Positions 16,514 through 36,541 of a stretch of DNA of 64,000 bases are shown piece by piece. Origin of the DNA: the human T2T-CHM13v2.0 reference genome, Homo sapiens; NCBI RefSeq assembly GCF_009914755.1, contig NC_060943.1; one strand, given 5' to 3'. Each line of letters starts with the position of its first letter. The first letter of the stretch is position 1. The notes beneath the pieces are model-generated. The model had not been told where the DNA came from, made no database searches, and was given only the letters and a program-made list of their open reading frames with translations. Position numbers and translations under genes: made by a program.

Positions 16514-17082
16514 TCACTGTGCAGTGCAATGGGCCGCTAAAATGTATTCCTCCAGTCTAGCTGAAACTTTGTACCTTTGATCAACATCTTTCCTGGGTCA
16601 GGCACAGTGGCTCATGCCTGTAATCCCAGCACTTTGGGAAGCCGAGGTGGGAGGATCGTTTGAGCCCGAGAGTTCAAGACCAGCCTAGGCAACACAGTGA
16701 AACCTTGTCTCTACAAAAAAAAATTAAAATCTTCCTTTTCCTCATCCCCCCTCTGGCGCTGAGTGTGCTGTTTGGGCTGACTTGGGTTCAGGGAGGCATG
16801 GAAACACTATGAGCTTGTTGAAAGTCAGAAGAGAGCCTACTGCTTAGAAATTTCCTGCCGGGTGTTTAAGGTGAAGGGCCATCCACAAAGAGGGTGACAC
16901 GAGATTGTCACATGGAGGCTCTGCAAGGTCAGGACAAGAAAGAATAAGAATCTGGGGCCCGGGGGCCTGACGCAGTGGCTCACGCCTGTAATCCCAGCAC
17001 TTTGGGAGACCCAGGTGGGTGGATCACAAGGTCAGGAGATCGAGACCATCCTGGCTAACACGGTGAAACCCTGCCTCTACTA

Positions 17083-17217
<135 letters not shown>

Positions 17218-17574
17218 CTAGGCAACAGAGCAAGACTCCATCTCAAAAAAAAAAAAAAAAGAATCTGGGTCCGGGCCTGGTGGCTCATGCCTGTAAATCC
17301 CAGCACTTTGGGAGGCCAAGGCGCAAGGATCGCTTGAGGCCAGGAGTTGGGAACCAGCCTGGGCCACATAGTGAGACCCTATCTCCAAAAAATTTAAAAA
17401 CTTAGCCAGGTATAGTGGTGCATGCCTGTAGTTCCAGCTAGTAGGGAGGCTGAAGCGAGAGGATTGTTTGAGCCTGGGAGTTTGAGGCTGCAGTGAGCTA
17501 TGATCGTGCTACTACACTCCAGCCTGAGTGAGAGAGCAAGATCCTGTCTCAAAAAAAAAAAAAAAAAAAAAAGC

Positions 17575-18185
<611 letters not shown>

Positions 18186-19109
18186 CAGCCCAGAAACCAC
18201 TGGAGTTGCCTTTTAGTCTTGGATAAAACAAAAATAATAATGGTATAAATGCATGCTGTGTGGATAAGGTTTTGCCTTCAAGGGCAAGGTCATGCCCTAA
18301 ATCTTGTACTTATGAATTACATAGTTATAATTTATCCTAGACACCCTTTTTTTTTTCTGAGACAGGGTCTTGCTCTTTTGCCCAGGTGGAGTGCTGTGAT
18401 GCAATCTCGGCTCACTGCGGCCTCAACCTGTCAGGCTCAAGCAATCCTCCCACCTCAGCCTCCTGAGTAGCTGGGACTAGAAGCATGCATCACCACACTC
18501 AGCTAATTTTTTTATTTTTTATTTTTGTAGAGATGGGGGTCTCCCTATGTTACCCAGGCTAATCTCGAACTCCTGGGCTCAAGTGATCCTCCCACCTTGG
18601 CCTCCCAAAGTGCTGGGATTACAGACATGAGCCTGTCCTTTATGAGCAAGGGCTTGGGGCCGATTTTTATTTGTTTTTCCTACTTCCTGTATAATTGCAG
18701 AAACTTGGGGCACGTGTGGAGTGTGAGTGAGTGAGCTGCTGGAATGAATTGACCAGACAGGACATCATCTATGTATGGGATTAGAATGGAATTACAGGAG
18801 AAAACCAAATCCCTCAAATTAGCATTCAGGATCGGAAAAAAAAGTAAGTAGGGGTTTCAACGAACCACTGAGGCATAGCAGTGTATGTATGTTTACTGTT
18901 GACTTTCAAGGGGAAAGGGAAATGGGGCTGTGGATCATCAGGTGTGTGAAAGAAGGCAGAGGGCATGTGAGTACAGTCGAGTGGGTGGTGTTGGCCGGTC
19001 TAGAATAGAGGCCAGTATAATGTTTGGATTGGAAATAGCAGGAACCACAGTGTGACTATTTTGTTTACAGCCTTGAGGTCTTGGACTTGCTGGTATCCTT
19101 TATCATTGA

Positions 19110-19307
<198 letters not shown>

Positions 19308-19980
19308 TAGTAGAGACGGGGTTTCACCATGTTGGCCAGGCCGGTCTACAACTCCTGATCTCAGGTGATCTACCCGCCTCGGCCTCCCAAATTACAGGTG
19401 TTATCATTAGGATTCTTGGCAGACAGGAGTGTTGTAGGGGATGGAAGTGGATAGTAGGAGGCTCTGAATAATGGGTTGGGGGCCCTAGTGTGCCTCTGGT
19501 GTCAGAGCACATTAAGGCAGCTTCAAGAAGGGCATGAAAAGATCTAATTCTATTCCACAACTTGGGGTAATTGGTTAAAAAAAAAAAAGGGAGCCAGGTG
19601 CAGTGGCTCACACCTGTAATCTCAACACTTTGGGAGACCGAGGTGGGAGGACTGCTTGAGGCCAGGACTTTGAGACCAGCCTGGGCGACATAGCAAGACC
19701 TTGTCTCTATTTAAACAAAATTTTTTTTAATTCTAAAAAGAAAGGATCTACTTCTACCTTAAGAGGTTCAGCCTCCCAGAGGCACCCTACATTTGTTGAG
19801 TTGGGGGCTCAAAGAGAATCAGGAATGCAAGTCACAGATCTTGGATATGTAGGTCTGAGGGAGAGGTGGATGTTTTGGGAAGGGGGTGGTTGGAGTGGTG
19901 GGAAGGTTAGTGGACTGAGATGAACAAGGGCAGAATTAGGGACTGGGAGACATAAGCCCTCTTGTGAATATGAAATATTA

Positions 19981-20307
<327 letters not shown>

Positions 20308-21071
20308 CTACGTTGATAGAACATCCCTTTCTAAAGGGATTATTGGAGTAATTTGAATAAGAAACTGTGCTGGGTAGTAGAGAGCCCAATGAGCCCAAGA
20401 GTGGCTTAGACAGGCATAAACCATGTGGCTAATTGTGGTCTCATCACCATTATTGCTGTGTACTGAGGTAGGGAGGGGGGACTGAGATATTTATGGCAAA
20501 GCATGTGGCCCCTGTGTCTACAAAAACCCTGGCAGGATGCTCATTAAGGGGATTGATGGTCATTTCCCCCTGAAGGTTAAGGAATCCTTATAGACACAGA
20601 GGAGAAAGTTGGCTGGAAGTGAGTCACTGGGAGACTGAATCTTAGACTCAAATTCCTTTTGCATTTCAAAGCTAAATAGTGTCAAGTCCAATGTCCCTTT
20701 TCTTTACAGTATATACAAGTGTCTCTATCAACATTAGGTTTTGAGGTTGAGTGCAGTGGCCCACACCTGTAATCCCAGCACTTTTGAGAGGTGGAGGATC
20801 GTTCAACCCCAGGAGTTCAAGACCAGCCTCGGCAACATAGTGAGACCCCATCTCTATAACAAATAAAAAACATGCCCGGGCACGGTGGTTCATGCCTGTA
20901 ATCCCAGCACTTTGGGAGGCCGAGGTGGGCAGATCACTTGAGGTCAGGAGTTCGAGACCAGCCTGGCCAACATGGCAAAACCCCTTCTCTACTAAAAATA
21001 CAAAAATTAGCTGGGCGTGGTGGCATGTGCCTGTAGTCTTAGCTACTTGGGAGGCTGAGGTGGGAAGATCA

Positions 21072-21206
<135 letters not shown>

Positions 21207-21432
21207 TTAGCGAGGTGTGGTGGCTCATGCCTGTAGTCCCAGCTACTCAAGAGGCTGAGGGGGAGGATGGCTTGAACCCTGTAGTTTGAGGCTGCAGTGA
21301 GCTACGATCATACCACTGCACAGAAGCCTGGGTGATAGAGCAAGACCCTGTCTCTAACAAACAAAATTAGGTTTTGTGATTCCAGTGGTCCTGATAGGAT
21401 AAACTTTTTGTCTCTAATGATTTAAGTTATAG

Positions 21433-21741
<309 letters not shown>

Positions 21742-23892
21742 TGAGCCACTGCGCCCGGCCTTGATTTTATCTTTCATGGCATCCTCATGATATACACTAT
21801 CTCCTGGAATCCTATAATTGAGGAATGTTTTTGAATCACGTCTCTCATTTCTGGTCTCTGGATATTAACTAGTGGCCAAGACAGAAGCAGATCAGGGCTG
21901 ATAGTCTTTTCCATACATTTTCTAGCCTGGGTCTGTCACGGGAGATGGATTCATCTCTATGTTGCCTACACTTCTGGACCTTAGACTAAACAGAGGGATA
22001 GGCACTGGGGATGGAGTCTAAGAGCCTTTCCCCAATAGTCTTAGCAACTATGCCTCAGAGGTATACTGCTCCTTTGGATACCTTCATTTACTGAGGCTCG
22101 TTTAGCATTTTCAAATCAAAGAGCTGCATTTTGGCCAGGCGCAGTGGCTCATGCATGTAATCCCAGCACTTTGGGAGGCCTAGGCAGGCAGATCGCTTGA
22201 GCCCAGGAGTTTGAGACCAGCCTGGGCAACATGGTAAAACCTCTGCAAAAAATCCAAAAAATTAGCTGGGCATGGTGGCATGTGCCTGTAGTTCTAGCTA
22301 CTCAGGAGGCTGAGGTGGGAGGATCACTTGAGCCCAGAAGGTCAAGGCTGCAGTGAGCTGTGTTCATGCCACTGCACTCCAGCCTGGGAAACAGAGACCC
22401 TGCCTCAGGAAAAAAAAAAAAGCTGCAGCTCTGGAACCATCAGATGGACAAGGTGATACAAATCAAATTGGAAAATCCCAGAGTAAGCTCCCAGTATTAG
22501 CCTAAATTGGCTACTAAATTCTTTCCTGTTTTCCTGGGTTTTTTAAGGCTGTGTTGCCCAAACTGGACTCGAACTCCTGGACTCCAGCGATCCTCCCACC
22601 TCAGCCGCTTAAGTAGCTGGGAATACAGTCACCCGCCACCATGCCCAGCTTTCAGATAGGTCTTTGCAGCACGTAAGTCAGAGCGTTCTGAAAGTCTGAA
22701 GAAAACTTGTTCAGGTCCATGCTCGGATCGTTCACCTTCAGCTGTGGAAGGTGGAGGACCATGTGTTAGGGTGTTACTGGAGAACTGGGGAGGTGGAGGG
22801 CTGGAGTCAAAGGTAGAGAGAGGTGGATACGTGTTCCCTCCAGTTCATTCCCTCTGCCTTCAGTCTTTCAAGGCCAAGATGAAGCCTAAGAGGTCACCTC
22901 TGATTCCCCACTCTCTCTGACCCCTGAGCTCATTCTAGGCTGCCCAAGCCTCCCAAACTCCCCCAGTCCAGCCCTTCCCGTTCTGGGTCATCACTGTCCA
23001 GGGGCAGGTATGTCTCTCTACTGGCAGGGCAGTCCTTGGCTGTCTCAGTCACCACTGTGTCCCCAGCATCACCCAGCTCAGTGACACAAAGGAATGAGTG
23101 AATATACACTTCTCTATTTCATAGATAGAGAAGTCATCACATCAACATAAAATAAAATACTAAATGTTACGTATCAGTTTTCTAGTATGGATCAGACTTG
23201 GGCTAACTGCATTTTATTATTTGACTTTTGAGACAGGGTCTCACTCTCTTGCCCAGGCTAGAGTGCAGTGGTGTGTGATCTTGGCTCACTGCAATCTCTG
23301 CTTCCTGGGCTCAAGCGATCCTCTAGCCTCAACCTCCAAGTAGCTGGGACCACAGGTGCAAGCCACCACACTTGGCTAATTTTTGAACTTTTTGTAGAAA
23401 GGGAGTTTCACCACGTTGGCCAGGCTGCTCTCAAACTCCTGAGATCTAAGGGATCTGCCTGCCTCGGCCTCCCAAATTGCTGGGATTATAGGCATGAGCC
23501 ACCACACCCAGCCTGAATTAATAGTTGTGATTAGTAGTAACACCACCACCAAATAAAAAATCAGTCATCACAAACCATGAGATTACTTTTTCTCCAAGTT
23601 CTCTACCCTCCAGTCACATTCCTTCCATCTCTCCCCAGTTTCCAACTCCTCCTCCATTACTCCTCCCTCTCCCTTCTCATCTTCTCTCCTGGCACTCTTC
23701 CTGTATATTTTCTACCCCAGCTCGTCCTCCTTCCAAGACTCCTCTCCCATCAGTCCTCTCTCCCCACCCCTTCCATCCTTCCTCTTTTCAGGCAGTCCTC
23801 CTTCCAGATGAACTCCATGTTGGTACAACAGAGTAATGATTCGAGAGTGCCGTGTGCTGAGATCAAGGCCATGGGGCCAGAGATGAGTCCGT

Positions 23893-23898
23893 TTTAAT
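23893..23898 (-). terminator. PRKD2 polyadenylation signal ATTAAA
   Basis: TTTAAT on + strand, ~165 nt past the stop codon; only canonical-type hexamer seen in this UTR. Confidence 0.7.
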
Positions 23899-24061
23899 TG
23901 CTGGGGAAACAGGGAGGGGCCTTGGAAATAGCTCCCCCCACCCCACTCCCCACGTGTCCCATCCAGTTTGGGCAGGAAGCCACTTTCCCTAGAACAGTTC
24001 ATTGCTGGGATCCTGTGAAGAACCGCTGTGGAGGGCAGCAGCTGGACGAGGGCACAGGACC

Positions 24062-24274
24062 TCAGAGAACACTGATGCGCTCCGCCAGCCCCTGCATGTC
24101 GTGGTCCTGTGGTGGACAGGCCCCACCGAGATCCCTGTCCGTGGGCAGCCCAGACCCAGGCAGCGGATGCTCTGCTGCAAACTGCTCCCAGCGCGCGTCG
24201 TCACTCTCATGCGTGATGTATCGCTCTCCCATCTTCCCCTCCAGCTCTCGGAGGTCCAGCCACGTCTGGTACTC
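24062..24274 (-). CDS. PRKD2: PRKD2 exon 18 coding part (C-terminal ERISVL, TGA)
   Basis: EYQTWLDLRELEGKMGERYITHESDDARWEQF...QGLAERISVL*; exons 2-18 plus an 80-codon exon 1 would give the known 878 aa. Confidence 0.97.
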   Translation of the reverse strand, partial: EYQTWLDLRELEGKMGERYITHESDDARWEQFAAEHPLPGSGLPTDRDLGGACPPQDHDMQGLAERISVL

Positions 24275-24571
24275 CTGGGCCCGAGAGAACTGGGGTTAGC
24301 TTGGGGTCTGCATTGGAGCAGTGCCTGGATATCCTCTGGTTTGCCACTGAGAGCTGGGTACCAATGAAGGTGAAGCCATACCCTCTGCAACCCACCCAGC
24401 CAGTAGACATTTAGCTCCACCCCCTCTTCCTGCACCCAGCCAATGGGAGGCCTAGCCACATTCCAGACCCAAGGAAACCTACATCCTTCACAACCTGCCT
24501 AGCCAATAAGCGATCTACTCCCACCCCTTCCTCCAATCCAGCCAATGGGCCAGCCCTGCCCCCTGCATCAC

Positions 24572-25283
<712 letters not shown>

Positions 25284-25804
25284 TAAATGGATTTTCAACC
25301 TACAATACTTCCTTTTTTTTTTTTGAGACAGGGTCTCATTGTTACCCAAGCTGAAGTGCAGTGGCGTGATCAATGCTCACTGAAGCCTCCACCTCCCCAG
25401 CTTAATTGATTCTCCTGCCTTAGCCTCCTGAGCAGCCAGCTGGGACTACAAGCACCTGTCACTATGGCCGGCTAATTTTTGTATTTTTTGTAGAGATACA
25501 TTGCCCAGGCTGGTCTTGAACTCCTGGGCTCAAGCAATCTGCCTACCTTGGCCTCCCAAGGTGCTGGGATTATGGGCTTCAGCCACTGCGCCTGACCAAC
25601 TTATGATATTTTCAATTTACAATGGGCAATGGGTTTATCAGGTTTATCTAACCCCAGTGCAAATCAGGGAGCATCTATGTCATCAGGCTGGGCGCGGTGG
25701 CTCATGCCTGTAATCCCAACACTTTGGGAGGCCGAGGCGGGTGGATCACCCGAGGTCAGGAGTTCGAGACAAGCCTGGCCAACACGGAAACCCCGTCTCT
25801 ACTA

Positions 25805-25990
<186 letters not shown>

Positions 25991-26412
25991 TCATCAGATG
26001 GTAGTTAGTCACCATTGCCTGCAGAAGGCTCAGAGATAGGCCTGTTCATTGTGAAAAAGAGGACTAGCGAATGTCAAGCTTCAAGACAAGCCAGCACTCA
26101 TCCGAGGCTCTCTCCTTGATGGGAAGCCATGAAGGACAAGGCTTCACTGTATGAACCCATCCGAGGAGAGGCCTGGTGCACACAGGCACCCTGCTCCCGT
26201 CAACACCCACAGGATTCTGTGATCCTCACACAGGTGCAACCACACTTAAATTCACTTGTGCACACTCGATGCACTTTTACTGAGGGACTTCTGAGTGGGT
26301 CTCAAAAGACAATGCTGGCGGGGTGTGATGGCTTATGCCTGCAATCCCAGCACTTTGGGAGGCTGAAGCGGGCAAATAACTTGAGGTCAGGAGTTCAAGA
26401 CCAGCCTGGCTA

Positions 26413-26655
<243 letters not shown>

Positions 26656-27648
26656 TCAATCCACATTCTCACTGCTTAGGGCCCATGCTCTTAGACCACC
26701 ACCAAGACCTTGTCTTGTCCTGCACCGAGCAACCTCCGTGTCACCCTGCTCCACCTGCTCCATGAAGCCGCACCCTCCAGAGAGGACCCTTCCCCTTTCC
26801 ACCCTTCGCGGACCACTCAATGAGCTACCCTGCACCTGACCCCTTCTGTCCAAGTCATCACAGTATTCCCAGAGCTGGAACAGTCAATGCCTGGCACATC
26901 GTGGGCACTCAACATGTTGAATCAATGGTTACAAATACATGAATGTACTTGTTGAATAAATGGTTATAAATAAATGAATGAATGATCCCCCCCCTTCCCA
27001 TACTCCATCTGTCTTCCTGAGCTCCCTGGCTCCAACACAGGTCCCTTGTTCTCCTGGCTTCTGACACACCCCAGTATCTTAGCCCTGCCTCTGGCCCTCT
27101 AAACATGCCATCCCACACCCAGCCTCAAAGCTCCAGGCCTTAGGACTTAACTTTTCCAAGCAGGGAAAGTTACAGACCCATTCCCAAGTAGGTTCAAGTC
27201 ACCAGGCCCGGTGCCACTTCATCAGGCCCAGCCACAACACCAAAGCCCCAGAATGCAGAGTGCAATGTCTGCCTCAGTCCTGGCTCCCTTCTCCTCCCCA
27301 CTCCCATCCACTCCCAGCTTCCAGGACTCAGGGTCAGCCCTGTTCCTGGACCTCTTCGGAAACCCTCCACGGCCACGTCCCTAGACTGGCTCCCTTGGTC
27401 ACTGAACCGACCCCAGGCTTCAGGCCCATCTTCACCCAAGTCACGGCCCCAGTACACAGCAAAGTAGCCATGCCCTTGTTTCTCAACCCTACCCACCGGT
27501 GCCTCCTTTTTGCAAGGCTGACCCTTTTGGGGTCGTAAACCCAAAGGCTCCAGGTCCCAGCCAATGCCTTGGGAGGCTCAGCCCCTTCTCCTGGTCACCG
27601 CAGCCCTTTGGTACCCTCAAGTCCAGTCCCTTTCCTGGTCCCACCCTA

Positions 27649-28377
<729 letters not shown>

Positions 28378-28759
28378 TCAGTTTCCCCATCTATAGGAAG
28401 AAGAGCAGAAGAGCACCTATCTCAGAGGACTGCCATGATGGTTAGTGAATTAAACCATCCAAAGCCCACAGGACAATATTTGGCATTCAGTTGGTGCACA
28501 ATAAATGCTAGCTGCTGCTATACCTCTGCCACCTCCAATGGGTCGCTGTTTCCTCTTTTGAATAATGCAGATTTTTTTTAATAGCCTCAAAATATACATG
28601 ATTGGGGCGTGGTGGCTCATGCCTGCAATCTCAGCACTTTGGGAGGCCAAGGAAGATGGATCATTTGAGGTCAGGAGTTCGAGACCAGCCTGGCCAACAC
28701 GATGAAACCCCATCTCTACTAAAAATACAAAAATTAGCACACGCCTGCGGTCCCAGCTA

Positions 28760-29012
<253 letters not shown>

Positions 29013-29129
29013 TCAAGGACCTAATTTCTCCAGGCCTTGATTTTGTCATCTGTATTGGGGGGTTGTTGATAGCAGCCTCCTCTCAGGCTTTCCTGGGGAT
29101 TAGGTAGGAGTGGGTGCTGACTGCGGTAG

Positions 29130-29657
<528 letters not shown>

Positions 29658-30392
29658 TGAAGCCTGAAGCCTCTGTCACCTTTGAAACCAGCCACGCCCC
29701 AACCCCTGACCTGAATCTCAATGTGACAGCCACCCTTTCCTGAGGTACTCTGCCCTTTCTACAGATCTTATAGCTCTTTCTCTTTTCCAAGATCTATACT
29801 TTCCTATGGATCTTTTTTAAAATTTTTATTTTATTATTATTTTTTTGAGACGAGTCTTGGTCTGTCGTCCAGGCTGGAGTGCAGTGGTGTGATCTCGGCT
29901 CACCGCAACCTCCACCCTCCTGGGTTCAAGCAATTCTCCTGCTTCAGCCTCCTGAGAACCTGGGATTACAGGTTCCCGCCACCATGCCCAGCTAATTTTT
30001 GTATTTTTAGTAGAGACGGGGTTTCGCCATGTTAGCCAGACTGGTATCCAACTCCAGACCTCAAGTGATCTGCCCGCCTCAGCCTCCCAAAGTGCTGGGA
30101 TTATAGGCATGAGCCGCTGCGCCCAACCAGAAAACTTTTAAATATGTTTGGAACAACTTGGGCATGTCAATCTATTTCCCCAACTGTTATACACACCAGA
30201 TTTTGAAGACATAGTATGAAAAACAAGCAGAATGTTTCATTGAGTTTTGTTTCTTTTTTAAGAGACAGGGTCTTGCTCTGTCACCCCAGCTGGAGTGCAG
30301 TGGCACAATCATAGCTCACTTCAGACTTGAACTCCTGGTCTCAAGCCGTCTTCCCATCTTGGCCTCCCAAAGTGCGGGGATTATAGGCATGA

Positions 30393-30719
<327 letters not shown>

Positions 30720-30797
30720 TAGCCAGGATGGTCTCGATCTCCTGACCTCGTGAACTGCCCGCCTCGGCCTCCCAAAGTGCTGGGATTACAGGCGTGA

Positions 30798-30944
<147 letters not shown>

Positions 30945-31207
30945 TAGGACTATAGGCGCACGCCACCATTCCCGGCTATTTTTTTTTTCATTTTTTGTAT
31001 AGATGAGGTCTCGCTATGTTGCCCAGGCTGGTCTCAAACTCTTGGGCTCAAATGATCCTCCTGCCTCAGCCTCTCAAAATGCTGATTACAGGCAAGAGCC
31101 ACTGTGCCTCGCCCCCACATCTTGATTAGTATAATCCCCTTCCCCACCCCCACCCCGGCCATCAGTGTTGCCTGGATTTCCCCAAATCAGGAGGGGACAT
31201 AACTGAC

Positions 31208-31306
31208 CTGAGGAAATGGGTCTGCTGATGCCAGCAACACGTTTTCTGGTTTCAAGTCACAGTGGACAATGTTCTTGAAGTGAAGGTGTCTCAAAGCCAC
31301 CAGGAT
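31208..31306 (-). CDS. PRKD2: PRKD2 exon 15 (catalytic loop HCDLKPEN)
   Basis: [33 protein letters not shown]; 99 nt; read by hand, absent from the ORF track. Confidence 0.97.
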
Positions 31307-31417
31307 CTGAGGGGAGCAGATGGGCCCAGTAAGAAAGGTAGATAGGTACTCAGCCAAATCCCAACCTCAGCAGCCAGCCCTCCAAACCCATCCATACTTT
31401 TTTTTTTTTTTTTTTGA

Positions 31418-31844
<427 letters not shown>

Positions 31845-33074
31845 TGAGCCACCGGGCCCAGACTTGCTCTGATAATTTTTTCTTTTATTTTTAGTAGAGA
31901 CAGGGTTTCACCATGTTGACCAGGCTGGTCTCAAACTCCTGGACTCAAGTGATCCACCCACCTTGGCCTCCCAAAATGCTGGGATTACAGGCGTGAGTGA
32001 GCCACTGCGCCTGGCCCCATCCATGCCTTCCTACACACCCCTGCAGACACCCCAGCCAGGGAAACAGGAGGCACTGGAGCACCAAAGAATCTCAGAATCA
32101 TAGAACCATTTACATCTGAGAGATAAGAGTTAAATGTAAACTAGAAAGTCTGGGCTAGATGAGTGGGGCTGTGAAGATCCCAAGATCTTCTAGCATGTGG
32201 TAAACTCCTGAATGCTACTCACAGAGCAGGCATTTCCAAGATCCAACTATGTGATTCTATTTTTTTTTTTTTTTTTTTTGAGACAGAGTCTTGCTCTGTC
32301 ACTCAGGCCAGAGCACAGAGGCGGGATCACAGCTCACTGCACCTCGACCTCCCAGGCTAAATCCATCCTCCCACCTCAACCTCCCTAGTAACTGGGATTA
32401 TAGGCACACACCATCACACCTGACTAATTTTTGTATTTGTAGAGACAGTGTCTCACCATGTTGCCCAGGCTGGTCTCAAACTCCTGCACTCAAGTGATCC
32501 ACCCACCTCAGCCTCCCAAAGTGCTTGGATAACAGGCGTGAGCCACCCCACCTCACCCATTTTTTTTTTGAAGAGATGGAGTCTCCCTCTGTCACCCAGG
32601 CTGAAGTGCAGTATCATTCTACAGCCTCAAACTCCTGGGGTTAAGTGATCCTCCAGCCTCAGTCTCCCAAATAGCTAGGACTACAGGCATGTGCCACCAC
32701 CACCATGTCGGGCTTTGATTCCTTTTTTTTTTTTTTTTTGAGAAGGCCTCCTGATTCTCCTGCCTCAGCCTCCTGAGCAGCTGGGATTACAGGCACACAC
32801 CACCATGCCCGGCTAATTTTTGTATTTTTAGTAGAGACGGGGTTTCATCATGTTGGTCAGGCTGGTCTTGAACTCCTGACCTCGTGATCCACCAACCTTG
32901 GCCTCCCAAAGTGCTGGGATTATAGGCGTGAGCCACTGTGCCCAGCCTGATTCCATTTTTAAAAAAAATATTTTTCATCCTTACAAAAAACTTTGGCTGG
33001 GCATGGTGACTCATGCCTGTAATCTCAGCACTTTGGAAGGCTGAGGCAGGTGGATCACCTGAGGTCAGGAGTTA

Positions 33075-33368
<294 letters not shown>

Positions 33369-34413
33369 TTAGCTGTTACTGTTGTTGTTATTAGTTATTA
33401 TTTTTGTGATGGCTTGTTGGTAAATATATTTGTTTGTGTCTCTTAAATAAAGCTTCTCCTGCTGTATCTGTTCCTATGATAAGGTGAGCTGATTAAAAAA
33501 AAAATTACCATTTGTAACCATTCATCTGTGAGAATCATATTTCTTGATTCTCTGTAACTCAAAATGCCAAGTACACCAGAAGCATAGAGTGTTGTACAAC
33601 TGCAATTATTATCTGTCTCGGAGTTTAAATACTTGTGTATCTGTCTCAGAGTTTAAATACTTGTGTTTATTCTGATTGTTTTCTTTTTTAAAAAAATCTT
33701 TTTGTAGAGATGGCATCTCGCTATGTTGCCCAGGCTGGTCTAAAACTCCTGGCCTCAAATGATCTTCCCACCTCAGCTACCCAAACCTTGAGATAATAGG
33801 CACGACCCACCATGCCTGACCAACCTCCTCATTCTACAGACTGGGAGACCAAGCTGGAAAGATGCATGTGTTGTATATGTCATCTCCAGATTGTTTTTTT
33901 GAGATGGAGTCTCACTCTGTTGCCCACGCTGGAGTGCAACGGCATGACCTCGACTCACCACAAATTCCACCTCCCAGGTTCAAGCAATTCTTGTGCCTCA
34001 GCCTCCCCAGTAGCTGGGATTACAGGTGAATGCCACCACACCTGGCTAATTTTTGTATTATTAGTAAAGATGGGATTTCACCATGTTGGCCAGGCTGGTC
34101 TCAAAACTCCTGACCTCAGGTGATCCATCTGCCTTGGCCTCCCAAAGTTCTAGGATGACAGGCGTGAGCCACCTCGCCCCGCCCATTTCCAGATTTTGTC
34201 AGTTGATTTTCTCCCAGTTCATGTGAACAAAGAGGGCAGGTTAGGCCGGGCACGGTGGCTTACGCCTGTAATCCCAGCACTTTGGGAGGCTGAGGCGGGC
34301 AGATCACGAGATCAAAAGTTCAAGACCAGCCTGATCGACATGGTGAAACCCCATCTCTACTAAAAATACAAAAATCAGCCAGGAATGGTGGCGTGTGCCT
34401 GTGTTCCCAGCTA

Positions 34414-34600
<187 letters not shown>

Positions 34601-34714
34601 TCACGAGATCAGAAGTTCAAGACTAGCCTGGCCAACATAGTGAAACCCCGTCTCTACTAAAAATACAAAAATTAGCCCGGTGTACTGGGACGCACCTGTA
34701 GTCCCAGCTACTCA

Positions 34715-34879
<165 letters not shown>

Positions 34880-35268
34880 TCAAATCTTGGCTGGAAAGCT
34901 ACTTGGCTGTGACCTCGAGGGAGACTGCTATCTCCCTGAGCCTCAGTTTCCTCATCTATAAAATGGGGTTTATAACAATACCTACCTCCTAGGATGGTGG
35001 TGAGGCCTACATAAGCTCAGGAGGTAAAGGGCTTAGCACAGGGCTTAGGTGTGGGGCAGGCAAGAGCCCAGAAAGCAGAAATCTGCAGAGAGAGAGAGAG
35101 AGAGAAAGAAGAGTGAGCAGGCAAAAAGAGAGGAAGAGATGAAGGCCAGAAAGAGAAACCCCCTCAGCTGCTGAAAGCAGCCACCTGTGAGAACCATGAT
35201 TCCTTTCCACACCTGAAGTCTGGATGTGGCCGGGCACGATGGCTCATGCCTGTAATCCCAGCACTTCA

Positions 35269-35754
<486 letters not shown>

Positions 35755-36322
35755 TTAACATCGTAAAAGTTCCACTCTATGGCCGGCTGGACGCAGTGGC
35801 TCATGCCTGTAACCCAGAACTTTGGGAGGCTGCAGCAAGAGGACCACTTAAGCCCAGGAGTTCGAGACCCAACATGGCAAGACCCTGTCTCTACAAAAAC
35901 ATAAAAAAAAATTAGCCAGGTGTAATGGCTCATGCCTGTGGTTCCAGCTAACTCAGGAGACTGAGATGGGAGGATCGCTCGAGCCCAGGAGTTCAAGACC
36001 AGCCTGGGCAACATGGCGAGACCTTGTCTCTACAAAAACATTAAAAAAAAAAAAAAAAAATTAGCTGGACGTGGTGGCTCATGCCTGTGGTTCCAGTTAA
36101 CTCAGGAGGCTGAGATAGGAGAATTGCTTCAGCCTAGGAGTTTGAGGCTGCAGTGAACTATGATTACACCACTGCACTCCAGCCTGGGTGACAAAATGAG
36201 ACCCTGTCTCAAAAAAAAAAATAAAATAGGCCAGGCGCGGTGGCTCACACCTGTAATCCCAGCACTTTGGGAGGCCGAGGCGGGTGGATCACGAGGTCAG
36301 GAGATCGAGACCATCCTGGTTA

Positions 36323-36541
<219 letters not shown>

